From positions 384,008-448,007 of the forward strand of contig JAQGNY010000010.1 of assembly GCA_028293825.1 (NCBI GenBank): DNA of 64,000 nucleotides. The letters are read 5' to 3'. The notes under the pieces are model-generated. The model searched no databases. It had not been told where the DNA came from and worked only from the letters and a program-made list of their open reading frames with translations. Source of the DNA: Verrucomicrobiaceae bacterium. Its GTDB lineage: Bacteria; Pseudomonadota; Gammaproteobacteria; Pseudomonadales; CAMLJR01. A program made the position numbers and the translations under genes. Position 1 is the first letter of the stretch. Every line of letters begins with the position of its first letter. Positions 46,632-57,029 of the stretch are shown here, one piece after another.

Positions 46632-46657
46632 CTGATCTTTACCCGGCCTTTGCGCCG
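46632..46657 (+). terminator. rho-independent terminator
   Basis: cccggc-ctttgc-gccggg followed by TTTTTTTATTTT, 22 nt after the TBDR stop. Confidence 0.8.
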
Positions 46658-46832
46658 GGTTTTTTTATTTTCAACATACCGCAAATTATTTCTTCCAGAA
46701 TTCTGTTCGCTCTTTAAATAATATTCGATAGAGCATCCCGCACCTTTAGCGGAAATTGAAAAATATCTATTGAAGGCGACAGATAGTGCGTAAAGTCAGC
46801 GCCTACATAAACCGATTTGAGTTTTCGCTGCC

Positions 46833-47738
46833 ATGCAAGATCACGCTAAAGCGCTCGAAAAATTAAAAAGCAGTGCGATGGGCGCCGCTACAGTCCGCGC
46901 GTTCGCCGCGCTGGAACCCGATGAAAAAATTCGCAATCCCGATTATTTAGCGCGTGAACTGCTCGATCCAGCTATGCGGCCAGAACTTGATGCTCCGCAA
47001 AAAATAGAGGCGTTTCGCGCACAATTAGAGCAAATTTTGCCGGGCGCTTATCACTTTCAGAATGCCCGTACGCTGCATATCGATGCTTGTCTTAAGCAAG
47101 CGATTGACGAGGGTTTTAAGCAGGTCGTTATTCTCGGCGCAGGGTTCGATACGCGTGCCTACCGTTTCGGTAATGAAAAAAATAACGTGCATTTTTTTGA
47201 GGTGGATCTGCCCGAATTACAAATCGATAAGACAGATAAAATTACAGCGCTGCTTGGCGCTCGCCCCAACTATATCGAATACATTGCGCTGAACTTCAAC
47301 ACACAACCACTCGACAATATTCTGCAAGCGTCGGGCTATGACGCGACGCTGCCGACCTTTTTTATATGGGAGGGCGTTTCGTACTATCTCGCCGCATCCG
47401 GTGTGGATGCGACGCTGGGGTTTGTCAGCAAATACGGTGCGTCAGGCAGTCGAATTATTTTCGATTACATGCCGCGCGCCATGGTGGACGGCAGCGGCGA
47501 TTATTACGGTGGCGCCGAATCGCGCGCGTACATGGCTAAATTTGGCGAGCCCTTGTTATTCGGTATTGAGGATGGCGCAGTCGAAAGCTTTCTGCGCCAT
47601 CAAGGTTTCGAGCCGGCATCTTTTTTCTCAAATATAGAGCTTGAGAATAAATATTTGATCGACAGCCACAGCAATTTGCATGGCCGTATTTCCGGCTACG
47701 TACGCATGGTTGAAGCCGTAGTGCGCAAAGAAAGATGA
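46833..47738 (+). CDS. class I SAM-dependent methyltransferase, LCMT/TIGR00027-like
   Basis: 301 aa. 'RNPDYLARELL...HIDACLKQAIDEGFKQVVILGAGFDTRAYRF...FEVDLPE...FIWEGVSYYL' is the pattern of the leucine carboxyl/O-methyltransferase (PF04072) family. Confidence 0.8.
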   Translation: MQDHAKALEKLKSSAMGAATVRAFAALEPDEKIRNPDYLARELLDPAMRPELDAPQKIEAFRAQLEQILPGAYHFQNARTLHIDACLKQAIDEGFKQVVILGAGFDTRAYRFGNEKNNVHFFEVDLPELQIDKTDKITALLGARPNYIEYIALNFNTQPLDNILQASGYDATLPTFFIWEGVSYYLAASGVDATLGFVSKYGASGSRIIFDYMPRAMVDGSGDYYGGAESRAYMAKFGEPLLFGIEDGAVESFLRHQGFEPASFFSNIELENKYLIDSHSNLHGRISGYVRMVEAVVRKER

Positions 47739-48263
47739 GCTGAGAAAGATGGGCTGAGAAAATTGAGCTGACCAATCTGGTTAAGAATAGCGGCGCTGCT
47801 GCGGTCGCAGTTTAGCCGTAGCCGCGCAGTTCTCTCTTTGCGGATATCCCGTTCCGCGCAATAATTTTATCAACTCGCCCCGATCTGAAATCGTCACCCA
47901 TTGCTATTGCCGCCAAGTGATTTTCGCATTTGAACTCGCTGCGCACGACTTCATATTTCCGACTTATCTGACCCGATTATTACGGATGCGCACGCGGCGA
48001 CGCCTGTTAGCGAGTCCTGTAATTGCGCGTATCCGTGCACTTATTCCGATTGATGCGTATTTTTTAACCAATTTCTGCTTGTTAAGGCATTCAACTTAAA
48101 AAAATTGTCATGTTTGGAGGTCGTCAGCAAATTGCCTTTATCATTGCTCTGGTTTTTATTGGTGGGCGTATGGAAATACTGAGGCGCTGAAAGGGCGGCG
48201 CATCGATAAGCAGTATTTTTAGCAGTCTCGTGGTAAGGGTTATAACGTGGTTGAGACAAAAAA

Positions 48264-49172
48264 ATGCAGTTAGCTCCTGAGGAAATATTTTCATACGACC
48301 GTCAAATGTACCGGCAACTCGATGCCAATCTGCACGGGCGTAACTACGATGTACATGTCTCCGAGTTGGATTGGAGCGAAGCGGGGCAGGGTTCTATAAG
48401 TCTCGACTCTTCCTGCATGTTATCGCTGACTTATTACAAGCCGGACGCAACGTGGGAAGGTGCCTATACCAGCCCGTCTAGTAGCGATTTTCATACGGTT
48501 GGCAATTTAGTCTTTGTGCCGCCACGAACCACGCTGCATTGCCGCTGGGATGAAAATCGGCAGCAATCCGTAGCCTGTATTTTTGATGTGGATCGCATCA
48601 GCGCACTGAACGGTTTTGAGTGCGATTGGACCAGCATCGATCTTGCGCGCACGCTGGACGTGCAAAATCCATTTCTTATCGCATCGTTAAAGCGCCTCGC
48701 GGAAGAGGCAGCGACGCCCAGCTTCGCCAGCGAATTGCAGGCAGATTGCACGCTGGTATTGTTAACTCTGGAATTGCGCCGCCATTTTCTCGGTTTACAT
48801 AAAGAAGAAAAGCCGGCATCCGGAAAATTGAGCAGCCGGCAGATACGCGCACTCAATGAATTGCTCGACAGCTCAGCGGAAGTTGGACCGAATTTAAGTA
48901 GTCTTGCGCAAGCGTGCGATGTAACGGCGCGACAACTGCCGAATTTAATCAAGCGCACATACGGAATTACACTGCGCGATTACGTAGCAAACGCGCGTTT
49001 TAAGAAAGCAAAAGATTATCTGTTTGATCATAAATTGATGATTAAGCAAGTAGCACATTTATGCGGTTTCAAAAGTGCTGCGGCATTTTCGGCAGCTTTT
49101 CATAAGCAGACTGGCGCGACGCCGCAAGAGTTTCGTGAAGCTATTGGTCGCCGCTTGAAATTGTCGCACTGA
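48264..49172 (+). CDS. AraC family transcriptional regulator
   Basis: The C-terminal double HTH is 'LSSLAQACDVTARQLPNLIKRTYGITLRDYVANARFKKAKDYL...IKQVAHLCGFKSAAAFSAAFHKQTGATPQEFR'. Confidence 0.9.
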   Translation: MQLAPEEIFSYDRQMYRQLDANLHGRNYDVHVSELDWSEAGQGSISLDSSCMLSLTYYKPDATWEGAYTSPSSSDFHTVGNLVFVPPRTTLHCRWDENRQQSVACIFDVDRISALNGFECDWTSIDLARTLDVQNPFLIASLKRLAEEAATPSFASELQADCTLVLLTLELRRHFLGLHKEEKPASGKLSSRQIRALNELLDSSAEVGPNLSSLAQACDVTARQLPNLIKRTYGITLRDYVANARFKKAKDYLFDHKLMIKQVAHLCGFKSAAAFSAAFHKQTGATPQEFREAIGRRLKLSH

Positions 49173-49217
49173 ACAGCGCTTAGTTTTAATTTTCAGTATC
49201 GCTGAAAATAAAATTAG

Positions 49218-49248
49218 CGATAGTGATTGTATTTGATCGATAGTCATT
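49218..49248 (+). promoter_or_regulatory. direct-repeat operator candidate 1 (two CGATAGT half-sites 20 nt apart)
   Basis: cgatagtgatt (49218) and cgatagtcatt (49238), between the AraC gene and the TBDR gene. Confidence 0.4.
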
Positions 49249-49474
49249 TCATTTGTCAGCGCGGCCCCTGCTGATTTACTGTGGCCGTGAATGAAATGCT
49301 TCATTTTGTTCTCCAGTTTGCCCGACTTTGCGTCGGGCTTTTTATACGCCCCTTTTGCACTGCCCATCTTGTAGTTGTCGACTTTTAATACATTGCTTTC
49401 ACTTACCGTCCTTAAAGTATTTGCAAGCGCCTTCTTTTTTTAAATTTCCGATTTTTCCATGTGCTGAAAACTTG

Positions 49475-49505
49475 CGATAGTCGATGTAAATTTTCGATAG
49501 TGATT
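49475..49505 (+). promoter_or_regulatory. direct-repeat operator candidate 2 (two CGATAGT half-sites 20 nt apart)
   Basis: cgatagtcgat (49475) and cgatagtgatt (49495). The half-site spacing is the same as in candidate 1, and it lies ~230 nt upstream of the TBDR start. Confidence 0.4.
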
Positions 49506-49730
49506 TTCTTTGCCCGTATTTTTCGTCTGGTTTAGAGTCGTGCGGCGCAAGTAACCTGATTTACACCAAGAAATTAGTCTGCCGTTTCCATGTCGTGGCG
49601 GAAAAATAATTCTAAACGCAAAAATTGTTCGCAATAATTTCACCTTCGCGCTGGCAACCTGGCTGTAGGCGTAGTAGGCGAAATCTTTTTAAAGTTGCAA
49701 TAAAAAAAACAAATAGTGGAGAAAGTCTGA

Positions 49731-52085
49731 ATGAAATGGTTTCAAGAAAAACTGATTTCTGTAACTGCATTGGCATCAACTTCGTTGGCGTTTGCAGTGA
49801 CCGCTCATGCGCAAACAGTCGAGACTGATACGCGCGCAAAAATTGACGAAGTGCAAGTTACCGCGCGTCGCGAAGCCGAAAGCATTCAATCGGTGCCGGT
49901 ATCGGTAATCGCATTAAGTGGCGATATTTTGCGGCAGAAAAACGTTTCCTCATCTGAAGATGTGCAACTGGTTGCCCCCGGCGTATTTATGAGCGGCTCG
50001 GGCGGTCGGCAAAACGTGGTTTATTCGATCCGTGGACAATCCAAAGCATTATCGGGCCCGAGCTCGCCGGCAGTTATCGCGTATTTCGCTGAAGTGCCCG
50101 AGGTTTCTTTTGGCAGCGCGGTGAGTCAATACGACTTGGCTTCAGTGCAAGTATTGAAGGGCCCACAAGGCACTTTGTTCGGTCGCAATACACTCGGTGG
50201 CGCAGTGCTTTATACGCCGGCCGCACCGACTTATACCTTTGGCGGCGATCTCTCCGTTGCGATCGGTAATTACAATAATCGTGAATTTAAAGGCGCGATC
50301 AACGTGCCGATAATTGACGACAAATTAGCCGTGCGTTTGGCTGGCGATGTGCATCGCCGCAACGGTTGGGCAAAAGACATTGGTACCGATACCGATCTTG
50401 AAGATATCAATTCGAAAGCATTTCGCTTATCGGTGTTGTTCGATCCGATCGAAGGTGTTTCCAATACATTGGTTCTCGACTATTACAAATCCCGCGATAA
50501 CGGTTTTGAATCTCTGTTATCGGGCGTCAATCCCGATGCTCAGCTGCCGAGTGCGTTTGGGCTCGGCCCAGCGTTCGCTCAACAATATGCTGAGCAGCAA
50601 GGGCGTGACGAATACCACGTTAATTACAATTTTAAACAGTTCACCAAAAACGAGCGCTTCGGTGCGACCGATCGGCTGGAAGTGAATCTTGCGCCCGGTT
50701 ATGACCTGATTAATATTTTCGGTTATCGCAGTACGCAGCTCTCTTACAACACCAATGTCGACGGCATGGCGAATATTGCATCGACCGTGGCGCCGGGTGT
50801 TCCGGTTAAATTTATATTGGGCGATTTGTACGACAACACTCACCAATATTCCGATGAGCTGCAACTGCGCGGTTTATCGTTTAGCGATAAGCTGGATTGG
50901 TTGGCCGGTTTGTTCTGGCTCAAATCGGAGCCGTCCGGTGTAGGTGGCAATTTAGTCGCATTTGCTTATCCACTATTGCCGCCAACGTCCGGTTACACAT
51001 TTATCACGCAAACCAGTAAAGCCGTTTTCTTAAATGGCAAATACGATCTGGGTGACTTTGTCGAAGGTGTCAAATTCAACGCCGGGATTCGTTACACCAA
51101 GGACAAAACCGAAGCGTGTACGGGCTCTAGTGATGTCTCCGGTGTATATGATGATGGCGATTGTAAGCATGGCGTAGCGGGCCTGATCAATCCCAGCAGC
51201 AACACCGCAGAATCCAATGCCACCACATGGAACATCGGCTTGGATTGGCAAATTGATCCCGATTTGTTTTCGTATATCGTCGCTCGTCACGGCTATCGCG
51301 CCGGCGGTGTAAATGGTCCGACACTCGGCGGTAAATTAGCTACGTATCAAACCTTCGATCCCGACACAGTGACCGATGTCGAAGTCGGCGTGCGCTCCGA
51401 TGTGCATTTCGGCGATGCGTTGCTGCGTTCGAACGTATCGGTATTCAGCGGCTGGTATGACAAAGTTCAATTGCCAATTTCCGGGTTGAGCTCGCAAGCG
51501 ACCGGCGCGGGTTGTAATGCGTCGGGTAATCCTGATGGCGATTGCATAGCATCGAACGATCCTGCCGGCGGCACATTGTTAGTGAATGCAGGAAAGACGC
51601 GCGTATCCGGCGTCGATTACGATTTCACGTTTGTACCGGACGATCATTGGACATTCAATGTGAGCGGTACTTTCTTAAAACTTGAAACGCGCAGCATGGA
51701 TATTCCCGACTTTCTGTTGCCGTATTTAGCGAATGCGAAAGAGCTGCCATTTAATAACGCAGCGAAGAAAACGGTTACCAGCGCCATTCAATATCAATTC
51801 CCACTGCGTAATAACATGGGTGACGTTGCCCTTAACCTGAACTATTACTGGACAGGTGAAATGGCAATTTCCAGTGATGTAATTCCGTCGTACGGCGTAT
51901 TCAACGGCCGCGTCGATTGGAATAATGTTGCGCAAGGCCCGGTCGATCTCAGCCTGTTCGCTAAAAACATCGGCGATAAAGTCTACGAGACCGGCGGTGT
52001 TGCCTCTGGCGGCACGCTCGGCTTGAACACGCGTATGGTTGGTGCACCGCGTACTTACGGTGTGGAAGCGCGCTATCGCTTCTAA
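49731..52085 (+). CDS. TonB-dependent receptor (close paralog of 21157..23484)
   Basis: Signal peptide 'LISVTALASTSLAFAVTAHA'. It shares long identical runs with the 21-kb TBDR ('VVYSIRGQSKAL', 'QVLKGPQGTLFGRNT', 'PTYTFGGDLSV') and ends '...GVEARYRF'. Confidence 0.9.
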   Translation: MKWFQEKLISVTALASTSLAFAVTAHAQTVETDTRAKIDEVQVTARREAESIQSVPVSVIALSGDILRQKNVSSSEDVQLVAPGVFMSGSGGRQNVVYSIRGQSKALSGPSSPAVIAYFAEVPEVSFGSAVSQYDLASVQVLKGPQGTLFGRNTLGGAVLYTPAAPTYTFGGDLSVAIGNYNNREFKGAINVPIIDDKLAVRLAGDVHRRNGWAKDIGTDTDLEDINSKAFRLSVLFDPIEGVSNTLVLDYYKSRDNGFESLLSGVNPDAQLPSAFGLGPAFAQQYAEQQGRDEYHVNYNFKQFTKNERFGATDRLEVNLAPGYDLINIFGYRSTQLSYNTNVDGMANIASTVAPGVPVKFILGDLYDNTHQYSDELQLRGLSFSDKLDWLAGLFWLKSEPSGVGGNLVAFAYPLLPPTSGYTFITQTSKAVFLNGKYDLGDFVEGVKFNAGIRYTKDKTEACTGSSDVSGVYDDGDCKHGVAGLINPSSNTAESNATTWNIGLDWQIDPDLFSYIVARHGYRAGGVNGPTLGGKLATYQTFDPDTVTDVEVGVRSDVHFGDALLRSNVSVFSGWYDKVQLPISGLSSQATGAGCNASGNPDGDCIASNDPAGGTLLVNAGKTRVSGVDYDFTFVPDDHWTFNVSGTFLKLETRSMDIPDFLLPYLANAKELPFNNAAKKTVTSAIQYQFPLRNNMGDVALNLNYYWTGEMAISSDVIPSYGVFNGRVDWNNVAQGPVDLSLFAKNIGDKVYETGGVASGGTLGLNTRMVGAPRTYGVEARYRF

Positions 52086-52102
52086 GCTTTAACGTTGTTG
52101 AT

Positions 52103-52137
52103 ATGCGGCTTAACGTAAGTTAAGCCGCATTTTTTTT
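52103..52137 (+). terminator. rho-independent terminator
   Basis: atgcggcttaac-gtaa-gttaagccgcat (12-bp perfect stem) followed by TTTTTTT. Confidence 0.85.
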
Positions 52138-52388
52138 GTCTGCTCTTAACGCGGTTTTTATAAGTTTGTTAATTGGGTATTACTGATTGAGAAATTTACC
52201 CTACGGTCCCGAATGTATTATTTTCGTACAGAGCAACTGCTAAACTGCAGCGGCCAATGAATTCATACAGATCTGATCGCAGCTATAAAAATAGCGCCTA
52301 TAAAAATTATTGATCGTGGCGCGGATTAAATAGAAAGCACGTCCATTATTTTAAGTCCTTAAAACCATTTTGAGCCTCGGAGAGTGTC

Positions 52389-53888
52389 ATGGTTAAAAAC
52401 CATAATGAGCCTGACAATAAATTGCATACGGTTGCACTTAGCAGTGGATTAATTGAAGGATTTCTCGATCGAGGCGCGTTGGTATTCTTAGGTATTCCGT
52501 ACGGCGCCTCCACGGCCGATGAATTTCGCTTTCAACCGCCTCGACCTGCATTGCCATGGTCAGGAGTGCGAAAAGCAAACGCGTTTGGCCCTAAATGCCC
52601 GCAGCCACCGTTGCCATTGCCGCCAGGATTTCGCGATTTAATTCTGTTTGCCGACTTACCGCAAAGCGAAGATTGTCTGAACCTCAATGTATGGACTGCG
52701 GCGGCGGAGGTTAAAACTCCGCGCCCCGTAGTCGTATGGCTGCACGGCGGCGCCTTTACGTCCGGTACCGGTGCCGAACCGGATTACGACGGAGCGAATC
52801 TGGCGACGCGTAACGATGTTGTTGTCGTTACGTTAAATCATCGCCTCAATGTGTTTGGATTTCTTGATCTCAGCCAATCGGGCATCGACGCGTTCAGCAA
52901 ATCGGCGAATGCCGGCATGCTGGATATCGTGCTCGCGCTCGAGTGGATTAAAAACAATATCGCTCAATTTGGCGGCGACCCGGCTAACGTTACTGTGTTC
53001 GGGCAATCCGGTGGCGGCGTTAAAGTGAGCACGTTGTTATCAATGCCAGCTGCACAGCGGTTGTTCCAAAAAGCGGTTGTACAAAGCGCGCATTTACTCG
53101 ATATCAGCACCGTTGCTCACAGCGCAGAGATATCCAAGGACGTGCTGAAAAAACTTGAAATTACTGCGCAAAATGTCGCGGCGCTGCAAGCGCTTTCGGT
53201 CGAACAACTGTTGCAGGCGACCGCCGATGTTCAATTCACGCCGACGGTCGATGGCACGGTGGTGATAGCACAACCAATGGCTGCATCGTTGCACCTTGAT
53301 GTGCCGGTCATTATCGGTTGGACCGCCGACGAGATGACGGTTTTTCTGCTGCCTGATCCTCACTTCGCTCACATCGATGAAGCTGCTTTGCGTGCTCGCG
53401 TTGCAGAAATGGTGGGGGCGGAGCGAGCTGACGCAGCCATTGCGAATTACCGTGAAAAAGCACCGGATGATTCGCCCGGTTATTTATTGGCGAGTTTTCT
53501 CACAGATCAAGTTTTTATGAGAAATGCATTAACACTCGCGGATCGAAAATTGAAGCAGGGCGGCGCCGCGGTTTTTTTGTATCGGCTCGACTGGCGTTCG
53601 CCGGTACTTGCTGGCGCGTTGCGCGCCACTCACGGTATCGATATGGCGATGTGGTTCGATAACTGCGAGCGAAAATCGTCTTTGATTAATAGCGACAGCG
53701 AGGCGATTGCACTGGGCAAATATCTCAGCGGCGCGCTGGTGGCATTTGCGCACACCGGTAAACCGAACTCTTCGGCTTTACCCAGCTGGCCTGCCTACAC
53801 GCATCAGGATCGTCAGACTCTAATTTTCGATATCACACCGCAAGTAATTTCAGACCCGATGCAACAATCGCGTGATTTTTTAAAATGA
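52389..53888 (+). CDS. carboxylesterase/lipase family protein (type B, para-nitrobenzyl esterase-like)
   Basis: 'FLGIPYGAS...EDCLNLNVWT...PVVVWLHGGAFTSGTG...VTLNHRLNVFGF...GNAGMLD...FGGDPANVTVFGQSGGG'. These blocks include the GxSxG nucleophile and oxyanion HGG. Confidence 0.9.
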   Translation: MVKNHNEPDNKLHTVALSSGLIEGFLDRGALVFLGIPYGASTADEFRFQPPRPALPWSGVRKANAFGPKCPQPPLPLPPGFRDLILFADLPQSEDCLNLNVWTAAAEVKTPRPVVVWLHGGAFTSGTGAEPDYDGANLATRNDVVVVTLNHRLNVFGFLDLSQSGIDAFSKSANAGMLDIVLALEWIKNNIAQFGGDPANVTVFGQSGGGVKVSTLLSMPAAQRLFQKAVVQSAHLLDISTVAHSAEISKDVLKKLEITAQNVAALQALSVEQLLQATADVQFTPTVDGTVVIAQPMAASLHLDVPVIIGWTADEMTVFLLPDPHFAHIDEAALRARVAEMVGAERADAAIANYREKAPDDSPGYLLASFLTDQVFMRNALTLADRKLKQGGAAVFLYRLDWRSPVLAGALRATHGIDMAMWFDNCERKSSLINSDSEAIALGKYLSGALVAFAHTGKPNSSALPSWPAYTHQDRQTLIFDITPQVISDPMQQSRDFLK

Positions 53889-53917
53889 AAGTTGGTCGTC
53901 TGCAATAACTGCGCAAA

Positions 53918-53955
53918 GCTCTGCTGGATTTTTAATATAAAAACTCCAGCAGAGC
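53918..53955 (+). terminator. long hairpin after the carboxylesterase gene
   Basis: gctctgctgga-(16-nt A/T loop)-tccagcagagc, an 11-bp perfect stem 30 nt after the stop. No 3' T-run, so terminator function is uncertain. Confidence 0.35.
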
Positions 53956-54210
53956 ACTCGCAATAAACCCCAATACTTAAATTAAATACCCCACCTCGTT
54001 TTCAACTCGATAATTATTTTAATTTCACTCGGGTAACAATTCTAAGACTTAAAAAGCAGGCGAAACTTAATGCGATGCCAGCTTAGATTTCGCATCAAAT
54101 CGATTGCATTTGTGAATGCGCCGTCAATCAGATGCTAGCTGTTTCTTCACCTTGTCCTGCGAATGAGTCTGGATCTCAGAAAGCCTACTTCTCATCGATC
54201 TCACCATTTC

Positions 54211-54281
54211 ATTGTCAAGCTGGAGTGAACAGCCCATTGCGGCTGTTGCGGATTATCACGTCGTGAACGTGCTGTTACGAT
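54211..54281 (+). promoter_or_regulatory. conserved 71-nt intergenic element, copy A
   Basis: It aligns without gaps to 58390-58460 with 46/71 identities. Three perfect blocks sit at identical spacing (attgtcaagctg / attatca / gctgttacgat). An internal hairpin is aacagcc-cattgc-ggctgtt. Confidence 0.55.
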
Positions 54282-54605
54282 GAATTTCAAGCTATGACCA
54301 ACGCGCAATAAAAATTATTTCCGCTGTTGCGATTGCTGCTTTTTATTTGCGTATAGACATTGCTGCCTTATTTATGCGCTGGAACAGGCGTGCATAGAGC
54401 GCAGTTGTAAATAATTGTACAAATAGAAAGTTAGATCTAATCGCAGTGAAATTTATAAAGCTATCTATGCCATTGAGCGAAGGTTATCTCGATCGCTTGA
54501 TGCTTTGTCGTGGTTGTTAAAAGTGATAAAAAACTTATTGCGAGTGCCATGTCACTTAAAGATTTTTAAAGAATTCATAAAAAAATAATTGAGGTAGAAA
54601 TAATC

Positions 54606-56960
54606 ATGCACAATCGGAAAACTTTACTTTGTTTTACCGCTTTATCCACGACAGCGTTCGTTTGTATTGGTGCGGTAGCGGCTGAATCGAGCGCTCCGAA
54701 TGGTCAGCTCGATGAAATTATCGTGACCTCGCGCAGAACCAGTGAAACGTTGCAAACCACACCGGTTGCAGTAACGGCGATTAACGCGGCCGAGTTGGAT
54801 CGCCGTCAAGTATCGCAATTGGCCGACTTGCAACGCTCGACACCGAATCTAAGTATCGGCGGAGCCGGCACCGGTCCTGCGTCGATTGTTTATTTGGCGA
54901 TACGCGGCGAAGCGCAAAATGCGCCTGGTTCAACATCGGATCCGGCGGTGGGTATTTATGTCGATGGCGTTTATTACGGACGCCCGGTTATCGGCAATCT
55001 CGGCGTGCTCGACTTAGCGAGCGCAGAAATTTTGCGCGGACCGCAGGGCACATTGTTCGGTCGCAATACTACCGGCGGCGCGCTAAATCTCACCACACAG
55101 CAACCGACTAATAAATTCGAAGGTTATGTTAAAGCGGGTATTGGCAACTACAACCAACGGCAAACGGATGTGGTCGTTAATATTCCGTTAAAAGACGACG
55201 AATTGGCGGCGCGCTTCGCCGTGCGTTACGACGAGCGCGATGGCTACGGAAACAATCCAATTACCGGCAAAGATTTAGGCGATATCGATACCGAATCTTT
55301 TGCGCGCGCCACAATACGTTGGTCGCCAACTGATTTGCCGCTGACATTAACGGTTACCAGCGATTACACGCATTACAAAGATAACGGAACGATGTATGCC
55401 TCGTTTGTGAATCCGACGCACGTTGTCGTTCCGGCCGGTGGTTTTGGCCCTGGAACGCCCGCCGTGACGACTGCAGATTTGTTGGCGATGGGCGGCGTTT
55501 CAAATCCGACCTAATACAACGGTACCAAGAGTAAGTTTTATTCGTCGTATGGCGCACCGACTACCGGCAATTCGCAAATCGATAATCTGTTTAATAGAAA
55601 TTTAGCGAAGGGCAGCGCGGCGACATTGGAACTCGATCTCGGCGCGGTCGATGTGAAATCGATAACGGCTTACCGTGATTCGGATACCAGAAACTCTTCG
55701 GATATCGATGGCACGCCCGCCAATTTGGTGGGGGCCACTGGCATTTTTCAACAGCATCAATTCAGTGAAGAGTTGCAATTATCCGGCACAGTCGATGAGC
55801 TGGATTGGATAGGCGGATTCTTCTACTTCGATGAAGGCGGACACGAAGTTTCCGTATCGCAAGTGTTGGGTGTACTCGGTTCGCCATTTAATCTAAGCGA
55901 CGCCAGCTTTCGCGCGAAATCGACCGGCATTTTCGGTCAACTTATTTATCATCTTACCGACAGTCTGCGCGCCACGGTTGGCGCTCGATACACATGGGAC
56001 GAGCGCGAAATTAATCGACACGGTTTAACCGATATCGCCGCTGGTATTTGCGCGGTGGGAGTTAATATCGGCACGGCAGCTGGTAGCGATTGTAATGATC
56101 CACACAGTGCGCGTTTTCACTATCCGGCCTGGACCGCAGGCTTGGATTATCAATTGGCGGAAGATTTATTCGTTTACGCAAAAACCAGCGGCGCGGCGTT
56201 GGCGGGCGGATTTAATTCGCGCGTTACACCGCCTGGCTACGACGCATTCGCGCCCGAAAAAGTAAAAGATATAGAGATGGGTTTTAAAGCCGATTTGCTG
56301 GACCGCAAGTTGCGCACGAATACCGCTCTCTTCTATTCGTGGCGTAACAATGTTCAAAATATCGTGAACGAATTAAACAATGGGCAGTTAACGCAGTATC
56401 AGCGCAACGCCGGCAAGGTCGAGGCTTACGGAGCGGAATTCGAAGGCACCTTGTTGCCGTGGGACGGAATGGAAATTACCACTGCCGCCGCTTATTTGCA
56501 CGCGGCGTACGTTAAGGGCAGCTTTGAGGTTAATGGTTTGGGCGGCCCGGTCGATCGCAGCGACGAACGCGTGAATCAAGCACCAAAATGGACTGCCAGC
56601 TTGGGCGCCACCCAGTCGTTCGATAGCTTATGGGGCCGGCCTTCGTTCCACATCGATTACTCGTACGTGGCATCGCGTTCGTATTATCAAGACACACCCG
56701 ATCCCAATAATCCGGCGCAATCGCCTGCCGAATATGCGGAAGCGAATCGTCTGGGTGTGCTCGGTGGGTACGGTGTGTTTAACGCGCGTATCGGTCTTAA
56801 TGTCGATGAGCCCGATATCGAGGTTTCATTTTGGGCGCGTAATTTAACTGATACGAAATATTATCAGAATGAATTTAACAGCTGGACCGGGTTGGGTATT
56901 GCTGCTGAATACCAAGGTACGCCACGCACTTACGGCATGACGGTGGGCTATCACTGGTAA
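54606..56960 (+). pseudogene. TonB-dependent receptor interrupted by one in-frame TAA (55512-55514)
   Basis: ORFs 54606..55514 (signal peptide, plug 'LDEIIVTSRRTSETLQTTPVAV', 'ILRGPQGTLFGRNTTGGAL') and 55626..56960 (barrel, ends 'GMTVGYHW') are in the same frame. The 111 nt between them contain no other stop. Confidence 0.8.
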
Positions 56961-57000
56961 CAAAAGCTATCGCGATGTTCTGTGCAATAAATTCTCCTTT

Positions 57001-57029
57001 AGGCCAGCGTAGAAGTTGGCCTTTTTTTA
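57001..57029 (+). terminator. rho-independent terminator
   Basis: aggccagc-gtagaa-gttggcct (8 bp including one G-T) followed by a T-run, 40 nt after the TBDR stop. Confidence 0.7.

Noticed and set aside
55515-55625. Apparent 111-nt intergenic gap between two TBDR ORFs
   Set aside because: This is not intergenic. It is in frame with both ORFs, contains no further stop and encodes plausible barrel sequence. The two ORFs are one gene with a single nonsense codon.
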